DNA of 64,000 bases from Rhina ancylostomus. Its lineage: Eukaryota. The notes beneath the pieces are model-generated. The model ran no database searches. It had not been told where the DNA came from and was given only the letters and a program-made list of their open reading frames with translations. Every line of letters begins with the position of its first letter. Positions within the stretch are counted from its first letter, which is position 1. Shown here piece after piece: positions 40,101 through 52,100 of the stretch. A program made the translations under genes and the position numbers. Where the stretch lies: positions 13,541,223 to 13,605,222 of the forward strand of contig JARFYF010000056.1 in NCBI GenBank assembly GCA_030265395.1, in the 5' to 3' direction.

Positions 40101-43100
40101 CCTTGTTTACCAAGTCTCTCTCTACCCCATTCTCCCACTGTGGGAAGCCATCACTGTCTTATCATGGCATCAAGACAAACTTGAACTCAATGCCTGATCT
40201 TGGGCAATGTTTGCCATCTACTCCCTGGACAGATGTTGCTGTCCTAGTATGGTACCAAGATGAACCTGGAACATGCACCTGGAAATTATTCTCCACTCCC
40301 AAAGTCCCTTGTATGTTGCCTGGCCAAGTATCAAACAGTCACTGCTCACTGATGCTGTTAAACTGACCCATATACAATATTGAGCTTGGCTGACATGGCG
40401 GGATCTGACCTGAACCTAGTTTTTTCAACAAGATGGGCACCCAGTCTGAACTGAACTCTAAACATATTATTGTGTATAAGCAAAGGAGGGTGGCTAGTTT
40501 CCATTATGAAAGGGATTTGCCTTTGGTTAACAAATNNNNNNNNNNNNNNNNNNNNNNNNNNNNNNNNNNNNNNNNNNNNNNNNNNNNNNNNNNNNNNNNN
40601 NNNNNNNNNNNNNNNNNNNNNNNNNNNNNNNNNNNTATGAAAGGGATTTGCCTTTGGTTAACAAATGTAATGTGTTCTTTCAGGCAACATGAACTCTTGC
40701 TGTCAAAGTAGAATGTGCTGGCTAATGTACACTGTTGGGTGGGTTGAATTAATTCTTTGTAGACAAGCCACTGTATTTATATTTCTAACAGCTTGATAGG
40801 TGTTGAGAAATGGGGATAAGGATTTACTGGAAATTGCTAATCATAAGCACACTGTATATCAAATCAGGTTGATCAAGTTTACCTTGAATTGTGGATACAA
40901 AATAATATGCTTCCAGTTTTTGCATCATTAAAACAAAAGAAATAAATGTTCAAGTAGGCAGAGTCACTACATTTAGGATGAGAAGAAAAACTTGTCTACT
41001 CCTGATGGTTATGTAATAAAATGACACGTGGAATGTAGAGTATTGCAGGGGAAAATAAAGCCATTGTAAGGAAGAGGATGAAAAGTTCCACGCTTTCAAG
41101 AAATAAAAGTGTATCATGATTGGTCTGAACAATGGTAACTGCCATTTCTGTTTTGCTTCTGTAATTAGGATAACGTGAACTGTTGAATTCTGTATCGCCA
41201 CTGGTCATCAGTGAATGATACAGTTATCAATGTTCACTGATCATACCAAACAGAGGCACCATTTCCCATGATATCATCCTACTGGTCTTGCCCATCGTAT
41301 AATTTTTATCACCTATGGTACATAGCAATTCTCCTTCCACCATCTGATTGTGGTACTTAGTTTAGTAGACTTGTTTAAATTGACAGAGATCCTCCAAGAG
41401 AGACAAATTAATGGTTAATAACTAGTTCAGCTGATGCTCTTGTGCCACTTGTCTTTCCACAGCTTGAACTGAAGTCGCAGGAAGCTCAGGCCTTGCTGGG
41501 TCAGAGGGATCAATTCTACACTCATCTACAACAGTACACAGCAGCCTATCAGCAGCTGGTGGCTGAGCGAGAGGAGCTGCAAAAACAGAATCTGCTGCAG
41601 ACACATCTCATGGACAGGCTGCAGCATGATGAAGTGCAAGGGAAAGTCCACATTGAATTGCACCAGAAGGACCTTATGATGACAAAGGTGAGATTAATAC
41701 TTCATTTGTGAAAGAGCTGCTTTTCTTCCAGTTTCAAACAAATCTTGATTTGGAAGCTTCATCTGCATCTGGGAACCTGACTCAGCAGGACTGCTGGGAT
41801 TGCCATGGTTTTCCAGTTATTAATTTGGAAGAGTTGGCCTTGCAATGCTAGTTTTACTGCACTTGCCATTTTATCACAGTGGCTTACGTGAAATATTCCC
41901 TCAAAGTTGCCCATTTTTGAGCTGCTGCTGCTGAGGGAGAGGCACTCTACCGCAGACTTGTGGCCTTTTAATGACATCATATATTTGTATGAAGAATGAT
42001 CATGGTAAAATGAGTGACCATTCAAGATAGAAAAGGTTTGAAAGGAAGATTGAGACTAAAATTAAGGATATATAAAGTAAGATATCTTTATTAGTCATGT
42101 CTACATTGAAACACACAGTGAAATACATCTTTTGCATGGTGTGTTCTGGGGCAGCCCGCATGTGTTGCCATGCTTCTGGCGCCCAACATAGCATGCCCAC
42201 AACTTCCTAACCTGTGCGTCTTTGGCATCTGGGAGGAAACCAGAGCACCAGGGAGAATGTACAAACTCCTTACAGACAGCAGCCGGAATTGAACCTGAAT
42301 CGCTGGCGCTGTAGTAGCGTTATGCTAACTGCTACACTACCGTGCTTGCCCTGCCCAGTCCACGTTATCCTTTCTTGAAGCAATCAACATAAGCTAAAAA
42401 GATCCAGTTCATCATATTTGACTGATAGTTGAAGATTGTAATAGATAGTATCTTTCCACCTGCTGCACTTCCAAAGAAGACAGAGGGAATGCAGAAAGAT
42501 TTGGAATGTGCGTTCATAGTGATTCATGATAATGTGTCCTTCCACAGGAGCAGTTGGAACAGTTGAACAAGGAAAATGAAGAACTAAAGGCACAGATCAG
42601 CATGTTGACAGCAGAACTGAATGAGATCAGCCCACAGCTGAGAGTTGAAGGTCTGGGAGTTTTTTGTTTTAAGCTTTGTATTGAAGCATTGTTTCCTCAT
42701 CTTTCTCCCACTTTATTCTGGAATATTAAACTGCATATTCAGCAATTCTCCAACCAATGAGTCTTTTGGTTGGCAAAAGGTATTAAGTGGTGTGTAACAG
42801 GAATTGTAGCTGAGGCCAAACATTTCTGCAATGAAGGCTCTGAAGGTATGGTTGCTAAATTTGACAATGGCACGAAATAAGCTGTGATAAGTACATAAGA
42901 AAGCTGCAGAGGGACAGAGTTAGGGTAAGTAAGTGCAGTGTTATATGAAAAATCTGAGAAATTGTCCATATTGGCAGGACATTTTTTTTTTAAAAAAGCA
43001 TATATTTTAAATAGAGATTGCAGAGCTCAGAGATGCAGCAGGATCTTGGGGTTCCAGTGTATGATTCATAAAAGGCCAGTATGCAAGAAGGTAGTGAAAG

Positions 43101-46100
43101 TGATTGGGAAAACTAACAGAATATTCTTATTTAAAGCAAGAGGAATTGTATACAAAACTATGGAGTTATATTTCAGAAAAATAAAGTATTACTGAGACCA
43201 CATGTAGACACTATGTACAGTATTGGTCTCCTTATTTAAGTGTTGCAAGCAGTTTGGGAGATTTACCATGCTGATACCTGGAATGGGGGGGGGTTGTCTT
43301 ATGAGGAAAGGTTGGGCATTCTGTGCTTGTATCTGCTGGAGTTTAGAAGAGAGATTGATATGAGATGTGAGGGTCTTGACAGGGTGGTTGTGGAGGAATG
43401 TTTCTTCTTCTTGGGAGAATCTGGAACAACACTACCTAAAAATAAGGGATCACCTATTTAAGTTAGATGAAGCAAAACTTTGACTGAGGATCATAGGTCT
43501 TTGAAACACTTCTGCAAAGAGTGGTGGAAAAACAAGTTTCTTAGGCAGAGGTAGATGGATATTTTAAAAGCAAAGGGATGAAAGATTGCCATTGATAGAC
43601 AAGAATGCAGAATTGAGGATACTTTTGCATCAGCCATGCTGTTGTTAAATGGCACTGCAGGCTTGAGGGGCCTACTCCTGCTCCTAATCTGTAGGTATGT
43701 ATGCCCAGTAGAGGGCTTTTCCCTCCTTTTCTCCAAAGCATTCACTCTTTTTATCGAATTGCATTTAGTTTTTAAATCCATATTCCAGCTGCTTTTTGTA
43801 AGTATTCTTCTAACTTGTAATCAATTTTGATTGTTTTGTAACTTCAGTGTGCAAAGTGAATCTTGCTTCCAAGTAAAAACCCAGACTCTTTTAAATCCGA
43901 CAAAGTAACTGTCAACTTTTCTACCTCATTTATTATACTTGGCAACAGAAATTATAATATCGTAGGATTTCCAGGAACTGAATGTGGTTGCAATGCAGCA
44001 ATGCTCAGGAAGGTGGCGTTGTCTACAAGTTAAACTTCATATAGAATCTACTTCTGAAGCAATGTGTTCTAACTGCAACCCTATTAATACTATGAATGTT
44101 TAATGCCTCATTGAAATGCTGCTCTGGGAAAATGTGTTAAATTGCATTTAATAATCAGCAAATACAGTTGATAACACTGGGATATATAACTGTGTCATCT
44201 GAATCCTGCAGGCCCTCATCAGCAAGGATATTGGGAAAATTAGTTTCTGTTCCCCTCAGATTTAGGAAAAAAAGAACAGTAATCCCAATTTCTGAGTGTG
44301 AAGTAGATAGTGTCCCTATAAACTACACTGCAATGTTCTAAAAGTCCTGGCTGGCTGATTGAAGCAGAAAGCTCTTGCAGCTGTTTATAAAGCAATTAAA
44401 CAAGGATAAGTTCATTGTATGATTTCCACTGGTTCCTACTGACATAAATTATTTAATTTTCTGCCACTAGGTGATGGAGTGGAAAGTGATGGTGTTCTAC
44501 CAGATAGAATTCAGAGACCCCATATTATAATACCTGAAGAACTGGAAAGTAAAGAAGAAATGGTAAGATTACCTTTTGAGGCCCGAGGAATGTAAGAAGT
44601 AGTGATGTGAGCAGACCATTCAGCCCATTGAATCTCTTTTGCCATTCAGAATCAGATTTATTATTACTGATGTATGTCAGAAATTTTTTTTTAGTGGCAG
44701 CAGTACAGTGCAAGACATAAAAATTCCTACATTAATACAATAAATAGTGCAAAAGAGGAATAACGAGTTAGTGTTCGTGGTCTGTTCAGAAATCAGATGG
44801 AGGGGAAGAAGCTGTTTCTGAAACACTGAGTGTGGGTCTAGGCTCCTGTACCTCCTCCCCAGTGGTAGTAATGTGAAGAGGGCATGTCCTGGGTGGTGAG
44901 GGTCCTTATTGATACTGCGTTATTGAAGCACCCCTTATTGAAGCACCACCTCTTGATGCCCTCAATGGTGGGGAGGGTTGTGCCCATGATGGAGCTGGCT
45001 GAGTCTACAACCCTCTGCAGCCTCTTTCAATCTTGCACATTGGCGCCTCCATACCAGGCGATGATGCAACCAGTCAGAATGCTCTCCATTGTACATCTGT
45101 AGAAGTTGGCAAGAGTCTTTGGAGGCATACCAAATCTCCTCAAACTCCTGATGAAGAAAAGCCACTGGTGTGCCGCCTTCGTGATTGCATCAATGTGTAA
45201 TTCAGTAAAATACTGGTTGAACTTCTATAAATAGGCCTTTTATATCCATGCCTTTCAATGGCATATCACTTGATTCCCTGAGTGTTCAAAAATCTATTGA
45301 CAAGGCTCAGAGGGAGGTGAACTTGTGGAGTTCTGTTCCATGGAAGGCTGTGGAGGCCAAGTTGCTGAGTATACTTAAGAAGGAGATGGATTTCTGGATG
45401 TAAAAGGCATCATGGGGTTAGGTAGAGAGCAAAATTATGGCATTGAGACGGGATCAGCCATGATGGTATTGAATGGCAGAGTAGGCTCGAAGGGTTAAAT
45501 GGCCTACTCTTATTTTCTCCTGTTACCAGGAGAACTTGGAGGATTGAAGAGCAGCCTAAGTCAATCCCTCTGTGTCTGTGCAGGATATAGGTAACTTCAT
45601 ACAACAAAAATCTAGCAATTTCAGTAAAGAAATGTGNNNNNNNNNNTGCTATCAAACTTTTCTTTCCTTCATTAAAGACACCATATAAATGCATAAGATT
45701 TGTTGAAAAACTCATTTAACCTGCAGCCTTTTGAAGGAGAGACTGAGTTCAATATTTCCATAAAACCTTGCTTAAAAAAAAAGTACTTCATGGTTTCACT
45801 TCTCGACAGTTTATCTGTAACCATTTCACCACTGACCTCAACCCATCCTCTTGATCTGGATTCCCCATCAGAGTAAATTATTTCACTATTACCCCTTCAT
45901 TCAAGGGAATACATGCCAAATTTATGAAGCTTTTGCTCTTGTTAATGTTTGGTATTCTAGTGAATTCACTCTAAGACTACTAACAATGTTCTGGGTTTCA
46001 AACTGACTGCAATGCTCCACTGGTTAGCAGTCTTTCAAGGATTATCCTGGAATCTCTCAGAATAAAAATTTAAATCAGGTGAATATTGCTACAAGCAGCT

Positions 46101-49100
46101 CAGGGTCAGTGTGGGAAGGAGGGAGGGCAGGTGGCTCAATGGCACAGGGTGGCACGTTAGTGTAACGCTATTACAGCGCCAGCACTTGGGGTTCAATTCC
46201 CATTGCTGTCTGTATGGAGTTTGTATGTTCTCCCTGTGACTGTGTGGGTTTCCTCCCACGTTCCAAAGATGTACGGGTTAAGAGTTTAATCCGTACATCT
46301 TTGGAATTGGGCAGTGTGGGCTCATTGGACCGGAAGGGCCTGTCACTGTGCTGTATCAATAAAGTTTTAAATTTTAAAGCTGTTAGCCGCACTGCCTTAC
46401 AATTCCAGAAAGCAAGTTATGATCCTGACTTTGGGTGTTATCTGTGTGAAGTTTGTGCATTCTTCATGTGGGTGCTTCAGTTTCCTCCTACCTGCCAAAG
46501 ATGTGCTAGTTGGTAGGTTAATTAGCTCCTGTAAGTCGCCCCTAGTGTAGGTGGATGGCAAGAAAGTAGGATGAGGAGGATAATTGATGGAAATGTGAGA
46601 GGAAAATGGGATTGGTATAGAACTGGGGGACTGGGATTACTTTGAGAGATGCATAAACGATGGGTTGAATGGTCTCCAATGTCCTAAGAAATATGAATAC
46701 CAACAGATGGATGCACACATTAGGCAGATAAGATCTGGAAAAAGTAAAACAAAAGTTTGTTGATCTGAAGGAATAGGATAAAATATTCCTTTCTTTTTGC
46801 ACTTCCTCAAAAACATGAAGATTAGTGTGTCATTACATTATCTCAGGAAACATTGTTGTTTGCTTTTAAGTAGGCTCACTTGATAAATGTATACCAGTGT
46901 AGATAAGTTTTATTTTCTGTTTTCACTTATTATACCAGGAAGAATAACTATTTGTGGGTAGACTGGAGACTTAACACATTTCTAGTTTAAAATAAAATGG
47001 AGAGCAGGTGTTTGGAGGTGGTGCAGAGGAGGTTCACCAAGTTGATTCCAGAGATGAGGGGGTTAGCCTATGAAGAGAGATTGAGTCTCCTGGAACTATA
47101 CTCGCTGGAATTCAGAAGAATGAGAGCGGATCTTATAGAAACATACTACATTATGAAAGGGCTAGATAAGATAGAAGCAGGAAGGTTGTTTCCACTGGTA
47201 GGTGAGACTAAAACGAGGGGACATAGCCTCAAGATTCGGGGGAATAGATTTAGGATGGAGATGAGGAGAAACTGCTTTTCCCAGAGAGGAATAAATATGT
47301 GGAATTCTCTGTCCAGGGAAGCAGCAGAGGCTACCTCATTAAATATATTTAAGACATAGTTAAATAGATTTTTGCATAGTAGGGGAATTGAGTGTTATGG
47401 GGGAAAAGGCAAATAGGTGGATCTGAGCCCACGGCCAGATCAGCCATGATCTTATTGAACGGCGGAGCAGGCTCAATGGGCCAGATGGCCTCCTCCTGCT
47501 CCTATTTCTTAAGTTCTTAACTTATTTTCTTATATTTAGATGAAGTTTAATGGATAATTTTTCCAAAAGGATCATTTCTGTTGGATCCAACAGGTCTTTC
47601 CTGTTCCTGGTTCTTAGAACTGTGGACTTATAAGAGCTGCATATAATATATGTTGGAATCTAAGAAAACAGGGAAGTTGTGTTACACTGCCAAAGCAAGA
47701 ACACTCGTAGGTTGTCATTGTAGGTAGGTTTTGCTAAAGCTTCCCACGTCTAAGGGCATTTCATCACTCAGAGGGTTGTGGAATGGGCATGATTCACTTG
47801 TGACCGTGGAGTAACAAATCCATATTATACTGATAGGTGCATCTTGGTCTGTGAACACAGTAAAACGGTAGGAAACGTTCTCCTAGTCATAAATGTTTTC
47901 CTTAACCCGTCCTAATCAAGTGAGCTTAGAGCCCTGGTTAATAATAAACCCATGAAATAAGGCGATGTTTTAAATAATGGTGATGAAATAAATGACTGTT
48001 ATTTTGAGTCATAAATAAGTCTTTAATTGAGTTCAATATCCTTTCAGCTTTTATATAATAGCCTGTTGCTGAGTGGTCAGGTGGCTATCACCAGTGATTT
48101 GGTGTCTTGTATGTTCTCGTGTTTATCCTTTGAAAGTCTTTTCCCTCCGTTCATTGTTCAGGTTGATTTCCTGAAATCAGCACTAAGCCAACTGCAACAG
48201 GAAAGAGATCAACTCACTCTGCAGTTCTTAGATCAGAAACAGCAGCATCAGATCCTACTGCAACAAATGTATGCCCTAACGCACAAGCACAACGATTCCA
48301 GAGGTAGCCACTTGATTATTTTTTACCAAAACTCTGTTATATTAATGTATGGTCAATCTTTAGTTAACGTGAGACCTTATTGGACTGATACTTTGTGGGT
48401 ACGAATATTCTAGAATTATGAAGTTCCATTATCTCTTCAATTCCAATAAGGGAGATGAAAATTATATAGAACAATGCAAAATATTAAAAAAAAATTGTTC
48501 TCAGATGATTGTCTCTCCAGAATGTTTTGAATGACTAAGCAATTAAAATTAGGAAAATTTGATTAGTATTAAATGTAAACATTGAAGGTGACAGCACTGT
48601 AATGTAATGATGTATCAGGATCATGATAGAACCAGGATCATGATAGTTGCAGCATCAATTGAAGGTGAGACTTTTCCTACTTCTGTACTAAAAATACTGC
48701 CAGATTTTCTAATAGCCCTGCTTATAATTTATTATAGATCTCTGCAATTCAAAATGCTGCAAGTTCCTTCATAAATATGGCTATATTTACCCCCTTACTT
48801 GAGCACAATGATTTAATGAATAATTGGTATATTGCCAAACATTGCAAATTACATGTTGCAACTCCTGCAAAAGTAGCAGCTTAGTTCCACAACACTAAAA
48901 GATCTTCTTGTCTCTGTGCCAGCTGATCACTGTAAATATTAGTCTCCTTTGTGCAAAACACATTGCACACCTATTTAGTATTGCTAAATTGTTTATTACT
49001 CCATATTCTTTTCCCTTTTACAATGCCCCTCTTCCTTCTCCACTGCCCCCATTTTGGTTCAGGGACTCTATAATTCATACTAGCTATTCCATGTTTTCTG

Positions 49101-52100
49101 TGCACCTTCTCACTTTAGCCTATTCTTTTCCTTTCTTTTGTATTTATCCCCCTCTGTCCCAGAACACAGGTCTTGGCCCTTGTCTTTAAAATTTCCTGGC
49201 CAGTCCTCCATAGTTTACTGCTTCTAATGCTGCTGCCGTTCTGGCCATCAAATTCTGGGAGAGAATTCGTTGTCACACAAAACTATAGAGTTCAGAAATT
49301 GCTGCCAGAGGTAAATTAGAAAATTTCAGTAACTTGAAGCAGAACTGGAGGAGGTGGGGCTAGAAAAAAATAGATTCCATTGTTTAAAAAGCACAATGCT
49401 TATTTTCAGAGGTCTTGCTGACAGTGTAATTTATAACCACTCAGTTCCAAAACTTTATTGCAAATGCTGGTTTACTTGCACCTGACTTGCATGCATCATT
49501 TTCTAATTACTGCTTAATATACAGCTATTTAACTCTTGCAGATTATATTTTAAACCTCTTCACCAATAGAAACAGCATAACTTATACCACCATGTTCATT
49601 GGCCATATTGGTAAATGGTTAAAGATGGACTAAGCCCATTCTGTATTTGTAATGCCTATGATTATGAGAGAATGCAGTTTTAAGGGGGAAAAAAACTGCA
49701 ATTCAGTTTTCATTTAGCCCCTTGGATTTTTCAGATTTGAGCTGAGAGAGTTGATGTATAAAAATAGTGTCAGTATCTGGGCACAGGAAGGTAAGACTGC
49801 CAAATGCTATCTTTCTAAATGTAGCCTGACTTGATGCCCTGGATGTCCAGATTACACTGGAAACTTGGCGCTACCCAGTCAAATCACTGGCATCAACTTT
49901 TTTGAACAAATTTCACAGCATTGCACGGAGTAAATTACATCATCCTATCACGGCCATCAGGTACACATGAGATGCCTATACTACAGAAAATGTAAAATCC
50001 TAGGAGCGAATGATGAGATTTTTACATCAATATAATACCGATAGGGGTGGTGGAAGCAGACTAAGTAATAACTTTCAAGGAGACCTGGAGAAAAGCTTGA
50101 TAGGGCTATAGGGAATGAGCTGAGTAGTTTTAATAGGCTTTTCAGATTTGTCAGGAGCATGTTAATTAAATGGTGTCTGTGCTGTAAAACTCAATCACAC
50201 AGTCATCCTGTGCCCAGAGTTCAAAGAGGGACTGGGAAAGTACTTGAAGAAAGTTGGAGACTGTAGAGGAGTTGGAACTGGCTAGATTGCTCTTGTATGG
50301 AGCTGGTGTGGACGTAGACTACTTCTGTGTTGTAACCTTGCTGGTGAAGCTAAGATTTACTTTGACATCAATCTCCCTGTAAGATTTTTAAGTATATTCC
50401 ACTTGTCTTTTCTGGAACTGCAGAAGCAGAGAGTGATGCAGACACAGTGCCAGCAGAGGTGCATGAGGCTTTGAAAGCTGCTATGGACCAGCTGCAGGTT
50501 AGTGAATGCACATTTTATTTCCCTTTTTTGTCAGTACCTCTATGGCCATACCTATAACAGTGTTGCAGAAGATGCAAGAGTCTGTGGATGCTGGAATCTG
50601 AAGCCAAAAACAAAAGCTGCTGGAGGAATATGACCTGCATAGAATCTACAGCAGAGAAATGAGCCATTCAGTCCAGCTGGCCTCTGCTAGTTTGTGCTTC
50701 ACTAGAGTCAAGAGGAGAGGTGGGTTGTTTATGGAGAGAATTCAATTTTTAAGGGCCCGGATAGGTGAAGACACAGAACCAAATGGAGGAGTGAAGATAA
50801 GTGGATGGAATTGTAAGAGCATGGAGATCTTGGGGTTAGAGGTAAGATAGCAACTGCAGAAATATTGGGACCAGGCCATGAAGAGATATGAATGGAAAAA
50901 TGATTTTTAATTTAAAGGAGATGATCATCTGTCAATGTCTGTGAAAGGAAATGATAAGCTAACATTTTTGGAGTAACCCATCAGAGCACTTTGTGTTACT
51001 GAAAGGATTAAAAGATCGGTAGGCCATTTGTTTTAGTTAGATAAGTGTTAATGTCACTACATTTTTGTTTCAATAGGTTCGATTCACAACCTTGATGCAG
51101 GAGAAGGTAGATCTGAAGGAACGAGTGGAAGAGCTGGAGCATCGCTGTGTGCAGTTGTCTGGGGAAACTGATACTATAGGTATCTAACCTCATTTGATTA
51201 AAAAAAATTAAAATATTCATTTCTCTGCACTGCATAATTTGAATCTCTCTCCCTAGCCAATAAGAGGCATTGCTATTGAAATTATTTTTAGTTATTTCTT
51301 TTCTTTGTAACTTAGCAATCTAATAAAATATATTTTCATTTTAAGTTTTATTTAAGTGAAAAATGTCCAATGGGGTATCACTGTACTATTTAAACAGATT
51401 TGAATGTACTTCCTAAATTTTGGAAATTATATTTCATTAAGTAGAGTTCACTTACATATTGCTGATTTAGATTTTCAAATTATTTTCATTGCCATGTAAT
51501 TATGGGAAATTTGTGAAGTATTTCAGCCATTTATATGTGGCTAATTATGTAGTTATAATTTAATCATAATCCACCATACTTGTAACATTACACATTTTCA
51601 TTTGAGTAGGGAAGTTCAGAAGTATTGAGGTTCTTATCAATGGAACAGAGGTTTTTTGTTTTATTAATGTAAACAAATGATCTATCATGTACATTTATTT
51701 TCTCTCATTCTAATGTTCCTTATCTGCTGACCCTTAGTCCCTTGCACGCTCCCTCTCACTCTGTCAAGTGTGCACCCTCTCTCCCTGCGCCCATTTGCTC
51801 CCACTGTGCCCGTCAGCCCACACCTCTCCACACCCATTGGGAGTCATTGGGCTGCAAGACCAGATAACATGGCAGATTTGCTGTTGTGTTATTGGGGTTC
51901 AACAACTTATTAAATTTTGTATGGCCCACTTTATCTGTATATGCAAAATTGCAAGTTTTTAGAACGCAGCACAGAAAGCGGCTATTCGGTTATATGCCAG
52001 CTCCACAAAAGGGCTATCATATTAGGCCTACTCCTTTGCCCTTTCCCTAGAATTATGCACATTTTCACTTTTCTTTCCCCACCCACACCTATTAGAAGTA

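Noticed and set aside
40505-40666. 31-bp direct repeat with a 100-nt spacer (superficially CRISPR- or TSD-like)
   Set aside because: The spacer is 100 N and the repeat is an unmerged contig overlap. No array is present and the DNA is eukaryotic.
41202-41248. Short intronic hairpin as a miRNA or snoRNA candidate
   Set aside because: Only about 47 nt with bulges, and no properly placed C/D or H/ACA boxes.
46141-46205. tRNA-like A/B boxes here and at other SINE heads
   Set aside because: They continue directly into the V-SINE core and form no cloverleaf, so they are not tRNA genes.
48616-48646. Small tandem duplications (also near 13180-13220 and 44920-44947)
   Set aside because: Ordinary slippage products.
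51180-51188. GTATCT donor as a possible U12 intron
   Set aside because: It reads GTATCTAA rather than GTATCCTT, and I see no clear U12 branch site at the expected distance from the acceptor.
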